Below are positions 52,553 through 62,162 of a stretch of 64,000 bases of DNA, piece after piece. A model generated the notes under the pieces. That model ran no database searches, was not told the origin of the DNA, and was given only the letters and a program-made list of their open reading frames with translations. Source of the DNA: an uncultured Solirubrobacterales bacterium (lineage in GTDB: Bacteria; Actinomycetota; Thermoleophilia; Solirubrobacterales; Solirubrobacteraceae); assembly GCA_963849285.1 (NCBI GenBank), contig CAWKGS010000004.1:180800-244799 (forward strand), written 5' to 3'. Every line of letters begins with the position of its first letter. The stretch's first letter is position 1. The position numbers were made by a program, and so were the translations under genes.

Positions 52553-53290
52553 ATGAATCAGGCCGAGAAGGAGGCCTACCTCCGCGAGTACTCGATCCTG
52601 AAGAACCAGGGCAAGCCGTTCTTCCCCTACGCGGTCGCGAAGGACTCGATCATGGCCGTGATCGTGATGATCGTGATCATCTTCCTCGCCGCGATGTTCG
52701 GCGCCGAGCTCGGGCCCAAGGCGGACCCGACGACGACCACCTACGTGCCTCGTCCGGACTGGTACTTCTTCTTCCTGTTCGAGGTCCTGAGGGTGATGAA
52801 GAACGTCCCCAAGTTCACCCCGATGGCGACGATCGGGGTGCCGACGATCTGCATGATCCTGTTGTTCCTGCTGCCGTTCTACGACCGCAGTCCGGAGCGC
52901 CGGATCGAGCGCCGGCCGGTCGCGCTGGCGGCCGCGATCGCGACGATCGTCGCGATCGCGTACCTCACCTACTCGGGCGCGAATACCGGCTCGCCCAACA
53001 CGGTGTCGCTCGCGCCGCCCGCCACGCTCAGCGCCTCCGAGGCGGCGACGTTCCGCGCGGGGGAGGCCGTCGTCGGCCAGTCCGGCTGCCTCGCATGCCA
53101 CGTCATCGGCTCGAATGGCAACAACGGCCCCGGACCGCCGCTGACGCACATCGGCTCGAAGCTGCCGATGGACGCGATCGCCTCGACCCTGCGCAACCCG
53201 ACGGCGCCGATGCCGTCCTTCAGAAGCCTCGCGAGTCAGTCCCCGCAGAAGTTCCAGGCGCTGATCGGCTTCCTCTCGCTTCTCCAGTAG
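52553..53290 (+). CDS. qcrC: Subunit IV-like cytochrome b C-terminal part fused to a monoheme cytochrome c
   Basis: PFFP, PRPDWYF and LPFYD, then CLACH and the PMP axial Met. Confidence 0.88.
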   Translation: MNQAEKEAYLREYSILKNQGKPFFPYAVAKDSIMAVIVMIVIIFLAAMFGAELGPKADPTTTTYVPRPDWYFFFLFEVLRVMKNVPKFTPMATIGVPTICMILLFLLPFYDRSPERRIERRPVALAAAIATIVAIAYLTYSGANTGSPNTVSLAPPATLSASEAATFRAGEAVVGQSGCLACHVIGSNGNNGPGPPLTHIGSKLPMDAIASTLRNPTAPMPSFRSLASQSPQKFQALIGFLSLLQ

Positions 53291-53306
53291 CCTCGCGCTC
53301 GGCACC

Positions 53307-54035
53307 ATGGCCACCAGCGCACCATTGGCGCCGGACGCTGGTCGGGGCACGCTCGAAGAGGTGCAGGTCCGAGCGATGTTCGACCGGATCGCCGGCTTCT
53401 ATGACCGGATGAACACGGTGATGACCGCAGGGCTCCATCACCAGTGGCGGCGCCGGGCGGCCGACCTGGCGGCGCTGCGCCCGGGGGGCCACGCCCTCGA
53501 CGTGGCGACCGGCACCGGCGATCTGGCGGTCGAGCTCGCCCGCCGGGTGGGACCATCGGGCGCGGTCGTCGGACTGGACTTCTCCGAGCGGATGCTCGCG
53601 CTCGCCCGGGCCAAGTCCTCCGCGGTTTCCTTCCTCGCGGGCAACGCGCTTGCGCTGCCGTTCGAGGACGGCGCGTTCGATGCCTCGACGGTCGGATTCG
53701 GCGCCCGCAACTTCTCGGACCTGGCGGGCGGTCTGCGCGAGATGGCGCGCGTCGTCCGCCCCGGCGGCCGGGTGGTCGTGCTCGAGATCACGACGCCGAA
53801 GCGACCGCCGCTGTCTACCTTCTTCTCGTTGTGGTTCGACCGCATCGTTCCCGCGCTTGGCCGGATCGCCGGCGACCCCCAGGCTTACTCGTATCTGCCC
53901 AGCTCGGTCAAGCGCTTCCCGGGGCCGGATGAGCTGGCGGCGCTGATGTGGGATCTCGGCTTGCGGCGCGTCCGGTACGTCCTCACGGCCGGCGGGATCA
54001 TCGCCCTCCACGTCGGCGAGGTCGCGCCGCCATGA
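53307..54035 (+). CDS. menG: Demethylmenaquinone methyltransferase (UbiE/MenG)
   Basis: MFDRIA..YDRMN, LDVATGTGD, GARN and YSYLPSSV..FP. Confidence 0.92.
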   Translation: MATSAPLAPDAGRGTLEEVQVRAMFDRIAGFYDRMNTVMTAGLHHQWRRRAADLAALRPGGHALDVATGTGDLAVELARRVGPSGAVVGLDFSERMLALARAKSSAVSFLAGNALALPFEDGAFDASTVGFGARNFSDLAGGLREMARVVRPGGRVVVLEITTPKRPPLSTFFSLWFDRIVPALGRIAGDPQAYSYLPSSVKRFPGPDELAALMWDLGLRRVRYVLTAGGIIALHVGEVAPP

Positions 54036-54994
54036 CTGCGGCCCGGGCAGTCGTCGATGCAGGCGGTGAGACGACCGCGCGCGTGATGGAGCGCGTCGAG
54101 CGACGGATGGAGGAGCTCGCCGCCGGGCACGGTCCCCAGCTCGGGCGTTACGCGAGCGACACGATCTCGGCGGGCGGGAAGCGCCTGCGACCGCTGCTCG
54201 TGTGCCTCGCGGCAGGCGTGCCGGCGCCCGAGAGCGACGGGCTCGTGCGCGCCGCCGTCGCCGTCGAGCTGGTGCACGCCGCGACGCTCGTGCACGACGA
54301 CGTCCTCGACGCGTCCGACCTGCGTCGCGGCCGTCCCACCGTCGTTGCGACCGGCGGCCGGCTCGCCGCGACCGCGACCGGCGACCTGCTCTTCTCGCGC
54401 GCGTTCAACGAGCTCGCCGGCTCTGGGTGCGCCGATGCCGTTCGGGCGCTGGCGCGCGCCAGCGCCGAACTGGCGGCCGGTGAGCTGATGCAGCGCGCCG
54501 ACGCGTTCGACGTCGATGTTCCGCTCGAGCGATATCTCGAGCGCTGTCGGCTGAAGACCGCCGTCCTGTTCCGGGCGGCGTGCGAGCTCGGGGCCCTCTT
54601 CGGAGGCGGCGCTTCCGCGGTGCTCGCCCCGTTCGGGGAGCGGATCGGCGTCGCCTTCCAGATCCTCGACGACGTGCTCGACGTCGCCGGGCCACCCGCG
54701 CGCACGGGCAAGCCGCGCGGCACCGACCTGCTCGACGGCACCGTGACGCTGCCGCTGATCGTCGCGCGCTCGCGCGACCCGGCGCTGGCGTCCCTGTCAG
54801 TGCGCGAGATCAAGTCCCCGGCGCAGGCCGCCGAGGTTTGCGACCGGATCGCCGCCACAGGCGCCCTCGAGGTGGCCCGGGCCCGCGCGCTGGAGCTCGT
54901 CGCGGACGCGAAGGCGGGGCTGCCCGCGCTCCCGGCGAGGCAGCGCCGAGCGCTCGACCTTGTCGCCGAAGGCGTCGTCGAGCGCTACGCCTGA
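54032..54994 (+). CDS. Polyprenyl diphosphate synthase, catalytic subunit
   Basis: GGKRLRP, HDDVLD..RRG, LKTA, FQILDDVLD and GTDL. Confidence 0.92.
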   Translation: MTAARAVVDAGGETTARVMERVERRMEELAAGHGPQLGRYASDTISAGGKRLRPLLVCLAAGVPAPESDGLVRAAVAVELVHAATLVHDDVLDASDLRRGRPTVVATGGRLAATATGDLLFSRAFNELAGSGCADAVRALARASAELAAGELMQRADAFDVDVPLERYLERCRLKTAVLFRAACELGALFGGGASAVLAPFGERIGVAFQILDDVLDVAGPPARTGKPRGTDLLDGTVTLPLIVARSRDPALASLSVREIKSPAQAAEVCDRIAATGALEVARARALELVADAKAGLPALPARQRRALDLVAEGVVERYA

Positions 54995-55001
54995 GCCGGG
55001 C

Positions 55002-55400
55002 TCAGAAGTCCTCGGGCAGGATCTGGTCGGCGCGCAGCGCCGTCACGAACCGGTCGACCTGCTCGGCCATGTTGGCCTGAGTGAGGCGCTGGAGGTCGCG
55101 AAGCATGTCGGTAAGCCCCTCGTCGAGCTTGTCCTCCAGCCGGTCGACCTCTTCCCGGTCGTAGAGCCCGTCGATGATCCAGCCGCAGTTGGGGCATTCG
55201 AGCGTCAGCTCCCAGCGATCCGCCGGGGCCTCGGCCCAAGCGACCGGCTGGACGAGGTCGGAGTTGCAGTGCGCGCACATGTGCAGGCCCTGCTCGCTCG
55301 CTCGCTCCTCGGTCTCCTCGAAGCGGACGACCTCGATTGCTCTGCCGCTGGGCAGGATGATGCGCCGGGTCGTATGGTGCTGATTCTGATTGGGATTCAT
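55002..55400 (-). CDS. Small hypothetical zinc-finger protein
   Basis: CAHC...CPNC; RBS GGAGG. Confidence 0.75.
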   Translation of the reverse strand: MNPNQNQHHTTRRIILPSGRAIEVVRFEETEERASEQGLHMCAHCNSDLVQPVAWAEAPADRWELTLECPNCGWIIDGLYDREEVDRLEDKLDEGLTDMLRDLQRLTQANMAEQVDRFVTALRADQILPEDF

Positions 55401-55654
55401 CGGTGCCTCCGCGGTACAAGCCCTTATCGGTCCTGTGTGATGAGAGCTTGAGGAGGTTCTAGACGCAAAACGCGTCTCTTTCCCGGGTGTTGCGCCGTTC
55501 GACGGATGGTCTAGCCCACGGCCTTCGCAACGAGCGCCGTGCCAGCCTCAGCACGGACGTTTCCGGCAGGCATCCGCCGATCTAGACGTCCGTGCGTTGC
55601 GACATCCCGTTGTGCTCCCGCTACCCTTGGTGATCCCCATCTGGAGGACTGCGC

Positions 55655-55912
55655 ATGTTCCGTAACCCCTACGCCGACGGACTGATCATTCTGATCGTCA
55701 TCCTCCTGTTCTTCGGGCCGAAGCGCCTCCCGATGCTCGGCCGGTCGCTGGGACAGGGGATGCGCGAGTTCAAGGACTCGATCACCGGCAACTCAAAGGA
55801 CGAAGCCGAGGAGCCGCCGGAGATCAGTCAGGCCAGCGCCGTGCCCGTCGCGCCGTCTGCGGCGCGGGAGCCGGCGGAGCGCTCGTCGGTCACCACCGAG
55901 CCGCGCTCTTAG
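55655..55912 (+). CDS. tatA: Twin-arginine translocase subunit TatA
   Basis: LLFFGPKRLPMLGRSLGQGMREFK. Confidence 0.93.
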   Translation: MFRNPYADGLIILIVILLFFGPKRLPMLGRSLGQGMREFKDSITGNSKDEAEEPPEISQASAVPVAPSAAREPAERSSVTTEPRS

Positions 55913-55951
55913 TCAGTGCCCCGCCGCGGACGATCCGTCTGGTAACGATCC

Positions 55952-56932
55952 GTGCCGAAGATCCTGCGGCCGATCGGGCATGAGGATCGGCTGAGCATCG
56001 TCGACCATCTCGATGAGCTGCGTACGCGGCTGATCGTCTGCGGGATAGCGCTCGTCGTGGCGTTCGGGTTGTGCTTCTGGCAGAACCATCCGCTGCTCAT
56101 CTGCTCAACCGTGCGCTGCCGGCGACGACGCAGACGGCGTCCAATCACCTCTCCGGGCTCACAGGTGACAACGTCCGCGCGGCGCACGATGACGCCGCGA
56201 TCGGCCCGCACCTTCGGGCAGCTCGCGGTCTCCCCGACGCAGTCCGCGCACGATCGCCAGCTCTTCGCGCCGCTGGCAGCCGATGCGACTGCGCGCGCCC
56301 GAGCGCTGCCGCAGAAGGAGCCGCCGACCCTCCCGATCACGATCGGCGTCGGCGAGCCGTTCACGACCACGATCACGATCTGCGCGTACTTCGCGCTGCT
56401 GTTCGCGCTGCCGGTGCTGCTGTACGAGGGCTACGCGTTCGTGCTGCCCGCGCTCAATCCCAACGAGCGCCGGCTGGTGACGCCGCTGATGGTCGTCGCG
56501 CCGGTGCTGTTCCTCGCCGGCGTCGTGTTCACGTACGTGCTCGTGCTGCCGGCCGCGGTTCACTTCCTGCAGGGCTACAACAGCACGAGCTTCAACAACC
56601 TCGTGCAGGCGAAGAGTTATTACACGTTCGAGATCTTCACGATGCTCGGGATCGGGCTGGCCTTCCAGCTGCCCCTCGGTCTGCTGGCGCTCCAGCAGAT
56701 GGGCGCGATCAACTCCAGGACCCTGACCAGGCACTGGCGCTACGCTGTTGTCATCATTGCCGTGATCGCAGCGGCGATGCCGGGGGCGGATCCGGTTACG
56801 ACCGCGCTCGAGATGCTCCCGTTGGTTGTCCTATATCTGGCCAGTATCGTGATGTTGAAGATCGCCGACCGTCGTGCCGCCGCCCGCGCGGTTGCCGAGA
56901 TCCATCTCGACAACGGGCTCGATCCCACCTAG
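55952..56932 (+). CDS. tatC: Twin-arginine translocase subunit TatC, with two compensating indels near 56100 and 56198
   Basis: HLDELRTRL, GEPF, PALNPNE, FQLP and PGADP. Codons ~56100-56198 read sensibly only in the adjacent frame. Confidence 0.92.
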   Translation: MPKILRPIGHEDRLSIVDHLDELRTRLIVCGIALVVAFGLCFWQNHPLLICSTVRCRRRRRRRPITSPGSQVTTSARRTMTPRSARTFGQLAVSPTQSAHDRQLFAPLAADATARARALPQKEPPTLPITIGVGEPFTTTITICAYFALLFALPVLLYEGYAFVLPALNPNERRLVTPLMVVAPVLFLAGVVFTYVLVLPAAVHFLQGYNSTSFNNLVQAKSYYTFEIFTMLGIGLAFQLPLGLLALQQMGAINSRTLTRHWRYAVVIIAVIAAAMPGADPVTTALEMLPLVVLYLASIVMLKIADRRAAARAVAEIHLDNGLDPT

Positions 56933-56941
56933 AGAAGAAGC

Positions 56942-57619
56942 ATGCTTTTCGACCTTCGCGGCCGCGGCCGCCGCCGGACCGTGCAGGGCGTCTACCTCGG
57001 CCTCGCCCTCCTGATGGGCGGTGGCCTCGTGCTGTTCGGCGTCGGCGCCGGCAACGGCCTCGGCGGCCTGCTGAACGCTTTCACCAACTCCGGCTCGGGC
57101 GGCGCGCAGCAGCAGGTGGTCTCCCAGCAGGAGAAGAACGCGATCCGCGAGACCCAGCAGCAGCCGAACAATCCTTCCGCGTGGCGCGACCTGGTCGAGG
57201 CGCGCTGGACCACCGCCAGCCAGGCGCCCGATTACAACGACACGACGGGCACCTTCACGGCTGCCGGCAAGAAGGAGCTGGGGCTGGCCGTCCAGGCCTG
57301 GCAGCGCTATCTGGCGCTGACCAAGACGCCCGACCCGAACGTCGCGGTCCTCGCGGCTCGCGCCTACGCCGGCCTCGGCCAGTACGCGAACGCGGCCAAC
57401 GCCTGGGAGATCGAGACGCTCGCGCAGCCGAGCGACGCCCACGGTTTCGAATGCCTCGCGGTCTCCTCGTACGCCGCCAGCGAGACCCGCAAGGGCGACC
57501 TGGCAACCGCCAAAGCGCTCAGCCTCCTGGCCAAGACCGCCCAGGCAAGCATCAAGCAGACCCTCCAAGCGGCCAAGAGTTCCGTGACCACCGCGGAGCA
57601 GCTCGCCGCGTCCTGCTGA
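56942..57619 (+). CDS. Membrane-anchored TPR-like hypothetical protein
   Basis: N-terminal TM segment followed by Ala-rich helical repeats (NPSAW, AVQAWQRY). Confidence 0.65.
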   Translation: MLFDLRGRGRRRTVQGVYLGLALLMGGGLVLFGVGAGNGLGGLLNAFTNSGSGGAQQQVVSQQEKNAIRETQQQPNNPSAWRDLVEARWTTASQAPDYNDTTGTFTAAGKKELGLAVQAWQRYLALTKTPDPNVAVLAARAYAGLGQYANAANAWEIETLAQPSDAHGFECLAVSSYAASETRKGDLATAKALSLLAKTAQASIKQTLQAAKSSVTTAEQLAASC

Positions 57620-57649
57620 GCCCCACGCGGCGGGTAACATCGCCCGAAA

Positions 57650-57722
57650 GGGCCGTTAGCTCAACTGGTAGAGCAGGGGACTCTTAATCCCAAGGTTGGA
57701 GGTTCGAGTCCTCCACGGCCCA
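57650..57722 (+). tRNA. tRNA-Lys (CTT)
   Basis: Acceptor stem GGGCCGT/ACGGCCC, D arm, anticodon loop CTCTTAA and GTTCGAGT T loop; CCA not encoded. Confidence 0.96.
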
Positions 57723-57727
57723 CTCTC

Positions 57728-57747
57728 AAAGCCCCGCAAGGGGTTTT
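57728..57747 (+). terminator. Rho-independent terminator of tRNA-Lys
   Basis: AAAGCCCC-GCAA-GGGGTTTT. Confidence 0.8.
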
Positions 57748-57751
57748 CGTT

Positions 57752-57945
57752 GGGGTGTTGCTTACTGTGGAGCTTAGGCACGGTCCCGCCGGTTTCGCAT
57801 TGAGGGGCGTATCCGTGAAGCGACGCCGCGTCCTTTCGGCGGAGCCTGGCCGAGAAACCGGCCATATGTTCCGGTTTCTCGGCCAGCCTCCCTTCGGGGC
57901 CCCGCCGGCGGCGCGAAGCCAAAGCTCCACAGTAAGCGACACCCC
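57752..57945. mobile_element. MITE: 194 bp, 28-bp terminal inverted repeats, 10-bp target-site duplication
   Basis: The left end GGGGTGTTGCTTACTGTGGAGCTTAGGC matches the reverse complement of the right end at 26/28. GGTTTTCGTT is directly repeated at 57742-57751 and 57946-57955. Confidence 0.85.
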
Positions 57946-58009
57946 GGTTTTCGTTTAGGCCGATTGTTCGACGCTTACCGCAGTCGTCCTCGATATCGCC
58001 CGAGCTCTT

Positions 58010-58516
58010 CTAGCTGGCGTGCAGTTCGGCGCGGATGAGCTCGCGGTGGGCGCCCCACGACTCCCAGACGGATCTCGCCCACTCGAGCGCTCGTCGCTCA
58101 TAGTCGTCGAGATCGTCTGCCCCGATCAGGTGAAGCACGGTGAGCGACCCCGGGCCCTCGGTGCGCGCGAGGATTGGAAAGTCGCCCTGGCGCCGGCGAA
58201 TCACTTGCCCGAGCAGCTTCGTCGCGTAGGGGTCCCGTATGTCGTGCTCGAGCATGGCGCAGAGACCGACCAGGTGGACGAACACCGATTGACGGTCGCG
58301 GCGGTCACTGCCGTCACCCGGGTGCTGCGCCATGTAGGCGTCGACCACCAGTCGGTGCGCTTGCGGATATCGGAAGCGGCGCGCCTCCTCGGCCTGCACC
58401 TCGCCAAAGATCCGCCAGCAGCCCGGCGCGCTCGGCACGTACTTGTGCACCGGTCCGTCGACGTCCGGTACCAAGGCTCCGCAACGCGGACAGGCGATGA
58501 TGTCCTCGATCACCAC
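58010..58516 (-). CDS. DUF5946-like protein
   Basis: CPRCG, SAPGCW, HRLVVDAYMAQHP and QSVFVHLVGLC. Confidence 0.7.
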   Translation of the reverse strand: MVIEDIIACPRCGALVPDVDGPVHKYVPSAPGCWRIFGEVQAEEARRFRYPQAHRLVVDAYMAQHPGDGSDRRDRQSVFVHLVGLCAMLEHDIRDPYATKLLGQVIRRRQGDFPILARTEGPGSLTVLHLIGADDLDDYERRALEWARSVWESWGAHRELIRAELHAS

Positions 58517-58584
58517 GAGCGAATCACCAATACGCGGAGGCTGATCTGAGCCATCCTGTACATGAGATCACTGCGCTGTATGAG

Positions 58585-60756
58585 CTAGGCGCGTGCTGGC
58601 TCGGGCTCGGGGCCGCTCGCGGTGGCCGCCAGCGGCCGCCGGTTGGGGTGCAGCGGTGACGGTTTGACGCGGAGCAGGCGTGCGGCCCAGCCGGGGAGCC
58701 ACCAGTTGTACGCGCCGAACAGGCTGACGAAGGCGGGCACGAGCAGGCAGCGGATCAGGGTGGCGTCGACGAGGATGCCGGCGCCCAGACCGGTGGCCAG
58801 GATCTTGATGTCGGTCTCGGGTGTGGCGGACATGGCGAGGAAGGAGAGGACGAGGATCAGCGCCGCGCTGGTGACGAGCCGGCCTGTGCGGCCGATGCCC
58901 TCGATCACGGCTTGGCGAGTGTCGCCGGTGCGGTCGTAGCTCTCGCGCATCCGGGCGAGGATGAACACCTCGTAGTCCATTGACAGTCCGAACAGGAATG
59001 CGAAGACCATGACGGGCACCCACATCGTGATCGCGCCTGTGGCGGGGATTCCCCAGATGGCGTGGCTCCCGTGACCGTGCTGCCAGATCCAGGTCATCAC
59101 GCCGTACGCGGCGGCGAGCGAGGCGAGGTTCATCACCACTGCCTTGAGCGGCAGGAGCAGCGAACGAAACGCCCGAGCGAGCAGCACGAACGTCGCCAGC
59201 GCGATCAGCGCGAGCATCAGCGGGAAGCTGCCATAGACATCGTGGCTGAAGTCGATCATCGAGGCGCCCGAGCCGGCCACCCCGAGAACGCCCGGGGCGT
59301 GCGCGAGCGCGTGGCGGACGGTGTTGACGGTGCTCTGCCCCGCCGGGACATCGGTCTCGGCGGTTGGCAGCACCGTGATCAGCGCGGTGTCGTGCCGGCG
59401 GAACTGCGGGGTGTTGGGTGAGACCACCGCGTGCACGCCGGGCAGCTCAGCGAGCTGGTGGGTGATTGCCGGGGCGGCGCTCTGGCGGGCGAGCACGTCG
59501 ATCGGCGTGAGCGTGCCGGCCGGCACTCCCCCGGCCTCCAGGGTGCGAAGCGCGGCGTGCGCGGGGCCCCTCTGGGCGAGGGCCGCCGTGCTGGGCTCGC
59601 CCACGTGCATCGAGAGCGAGGGCAGCATCAGCGCGACCAGCGTCGTGGTCCCAGCGATTGCGGCGAGGCCGCGGTGGCGGACCGTGAAGCGAGCCCAGGC
59701 GCTCCACCCGCGACTGGCGGTGTTGTCGGTGCGGATCCGCGGCCAGTCGAGCCGCGGCCCGATGCTGGCGAGGATGACCGGGAGGAGGGTCACGGCCACC
59801 GCGACCGAGATCACCGGGATCAGCACGCCGCCGAAGCCTGCGCTCCGCAGGAACGGCACGGGGAGGACGACCAGCGCGAGCAGGCCGATTCCGACGGTCA
59901 AGCCGGAGAACAGCACGGCGCGCCCGGCTGAGGTCATTGCCGCAAGGACGGCCTGCTCGTTGTCGCGCCCGTGGGCGCGCTCCTCGCGCCAGCGGGTGAC
60001 CACGAGCAGCGAGTAGTCGATCGCGACCCCCAATCCGATCAGCGCGATCAGGAACTCGACGATCTGGCTGACCGTGGTGATTCGGGCGAGTCCGTCCAGG
60101 GCGAGGAAGGTGGTAAGGATCGAGATGGCGGCCGTGACCAGCGGCACGAACGCCAGGAAGCTCGCGAACACGAAGGCCAGTACGACCAGTGCGCCGAGGG
60201 CGCCGAGCATCGACTCCAGCAGTACGCCGACGCCTTTGGAAGCCTGCGTGCTGGTCGTCAGTGCCTGAATGCCGCTGATCCGGACCTGCCACGACGAGGG
60301 CACCGCAGAGGCGATCGCCTGCTGGATCCGGGCGGTGGTTGTGTCCGGAGAGACGGGGTCCTGCTGGGGCCCGAAGACGAGGGCGTAAGTAGCGCGCCCG
60401 TCGCTGGTGGCGAAGGCGGCGTCATGGGTGGTCGCGTAATCGGTCACCCGCGCGGTTGGTATGACCTGATGAGCGGTGGCGAAGGCGCGATCGAGCTGGG
60501 CGGAGACTCCGGGCGTGTGCACGGTGGTTCCCGCCGGCAGCGTTATCACGGGCACGATGGGGTCATCCGCTCCGTTGTGGCGGTAAAGCGACTGGATCCG
60601 TGCATCGGTGCGGAAGGCAGCGCCCGGCATCGCAAAGCTGTTGGTGAGGCGCTTGATGGTTCCGGCCGCGGTCAGCCCGCCTGCCGCCGCCAAGAGAATC
60701 CAGACGGCGACGACCAGAAGCTTGTGCTTGAGAACGAATCGTGTGAGAGCCGACAT
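58585..60756 (-). CDS. MMPL/RND family transporter
   Basis: GVAIDYSLL..RWREE, AGRAVLFSG, GLSMDYEVF and VDATLIR. Confidence 0.92.
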   Translation of the reverse strand: MSALTRFVLKHKLLVVAVWILLAAAGGLTAAGTIKRLTNSFAMPGAAFRTDARIQSLYRHNGADDPIVPVITLPAGTTVHTPGVSAQLDRAFATAHQVIPTARVTDYATTHDAAFATSDGRATYALVFGPQQDPVSPDTTTARIQQAIASAVPSSWQVRISGIQALTTSTQASKGVGVLLESMLGALGALVVLAFVFASFLAFVPLVTAAISILTTFLALDGLARITTVSQIVEFLIALIGLGVAIDYSLLVVTRWREERAHGRDNEQAVLAAMTSAGRAVLFSGLTVGIGLLALVVLPVPFLRSAGFGGVLIPVISVAVAVTLLPVILASIGPRLDWPRIRTDNTASRGWSAWARFTVRHRGLAAIAGTTTLVALMLPSLSMHVGEPSTAALAQRGPAHAALRTLEAGGVPAGTLTPIDVLARQSAAPAITHQLAELPGVHAVVSPNTPQFRRHDTALITVLPTAETDVPAGQSTVNTVRHALAHAPGVLGVAGSGASMIDFSHDVYGSFPLMLALIALATFVLLARAFRSLLLPLKAVVMNLASLAAAYGVMTWIWQHGHGSHAIWGIPATGAITMWVPVMVFAFLFGLSMDYEVFILARMRESYDRTGDTRQAVIEGIGRTGRLVTSAALILVLSFLAMSATPETDIKILATGLGAGILVDATLIRCLLVPAFVSLFGAYNWWLPGWAARLLRVKPSPLHPNRRPLAATASGPEPEPARA

Positions 60757-60873
60757 TGCAGAGCCTCCTGGGAGCGGAATTGACTCCCGGAAGCATCGGC
60801 CGCAAACGCCGCTGTGTCGTCGGCCAGACGGAGTGATCGACCTACGAGATCTGCGGCATTCGCAGGCCGGGTG

Positions 60874-60889
60874 TACTCAAGTTGGAGTA
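60874..60889. promoter_or_regulatory. Possible NarL-type response regulator site (TACTC-N6-GAGTA)
   Basis: Inverted repeat in the divergent MMPL / histidine kinase intergenic region. Confidence 0.35.
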
Positions 60890-60944
60890 GCTACTGGGAC
60901 TCCGTTGGGATGACGACAGCGAGCGCCGCGGCGACTACCCTCGC

Positions 60945-62162
60945 TTGGCGATGAGCATCCCGCCCGCCGCCGTGCATCCCGGTGCCCGCCGCCGCTGGTC
61001 GGGGCTCGCGGACGCGTGGGGGCGAGTCCGCGACCCGTCGCGTGTCTTCGACGTCGCCCTGGCGCTGGCGCTGGCGCTGGTCACGGTGGGGGGGTCGGTG
61101 GGTGAGAGTCACCCCGCGCAGCCCGCCGACAAGCCGCCGGCGGGCGTTCACATCGCCGCGCCGGCGGCCGCTTACCTTCTGGTTGCCCTGAGCGCACTGG
61201 CCCTGATCTGGCGGCGTCGCCACCCGGTCCTGGTGCTCGCGGTTTCGCTGAGTGCGGCGCTCATCTACACATGCCTGGGCTATTTCGGCGGCGCGGTCAT
61301 GCTCAGCCCGATGTTCGCTCTGTACGCCGTCGCCGTGGCCCTCCCGGCCGCTCGCGCGATCGGCCTGTCGATGGTGACGATGCTCTTGCTGATGGCGGCC
61401 ACCGCGGCTTTCGGTCCCTTTGGCACCGGCGGCGGGTTTGTCCTGATCCCGGGCGAGGTTGCGGCGGCCCTGTTTCTCGGACTGTGGGCGGCCAGTCGCC
61501 GCGCCGCACTCAGGGAGAGCGCCGAGCAGGCTCGGCGCGCGGTCGATGCGGAGCGGCTGCGGATCGCCCGCGAACTCCATGACGTCGTGGCGCATACGAT
61601 GGCGACGATCAATGTCCAGGCTGGTGTCGCGGCGCATGTCATCGACCAGCAGCCTGACCAGGCGGCCCAGGCGCTCGAGGCGATCAAGCGGGCGAGCAAG
61701 GAAGGCCTCAGGGAGTTGCGCGGCATCCTCAACGTCCTACGCCAAGCCGATGAGCAGGACGAGCGCTCACCCGCTCCCCGCCTGGCGCAGCTCGATGCGC
61801 TCGTCGAGAACGTGACTCGAGCCGGGCTGCCGACGTCGGTGACCGTCCATGGCGAGGAACGGATGCTGGCCCCCACCGTGGACCTCACTGCCTACCGGAT
61901 CGTGCAGGAGTCCCTCACCAACGCCCTGCGCCATGCCGGTCCAACCAGCGCCAGCGTGACGCTCTCGTACACCGACGACCAGCTTCACGTCGAGGTTCTG
62001 GATCGTGGACGCGGCCGTGTCGATGGGACGCCGCCCGGCGCCGGGCACGGCATTGCAGGAATGCGCGAGCGCGCCGAGGCCGTGGGCGGCACGCTGATCG
62101 CCGGCCCAGGCCCCGAGCGCGGCTTCCGCGTGCAGGCCCGGCTACCGCTGAGCGCGCCGTGA
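60945..62162 (+). CDS. Sensor histidine kinase (HisKA_3 family)
   Basis: ERLRIARELHDVVAH, VQESLTNALRHA and GHGIAGMRER. Confidence 0.93.
   Translation: MAMSIPPAAVHPGARRRWSGLADAWGRVRDPSRVFDVALALALALVTVGGSVGESHPAQPADKPPAGVHIAAPAAAYLLVALSALALIWRRRHPVLVLAVSLSAALIYTCLGYFGGAVMLSPMFALYAVAVALPAARAIGLSMVTMLLLMAATAAFGPFGTGGGFVLIPGEVAAALFLGLWAASRRAALRESAEQARRAVDAERLRIARELHDVVAHTMATINVQAGVAAHVIDQQPDQAAQALEAIKRASKEGLRELRGILNVLRQADEQDERSPAPRLAQLDALVENVTRAGLPTSVTVHGEERMLAPTVDLTAYRIVQESLTNALRHAGPTSASVTLSYTDDQLHVEVLDRGRGRVDGTPPGAGHGIAGMRERAEAVGGTLIAGPGPERGFRVQARLPLSAP

Noticed and set aside
55400-55655. c-di-GMP or c-di-AMP riboswitch (GACGCAAA seen)
   Set aside because: The flanking P1/GNRA and other consensus elements were not found by eye; kept only as an unassigned structured leader.
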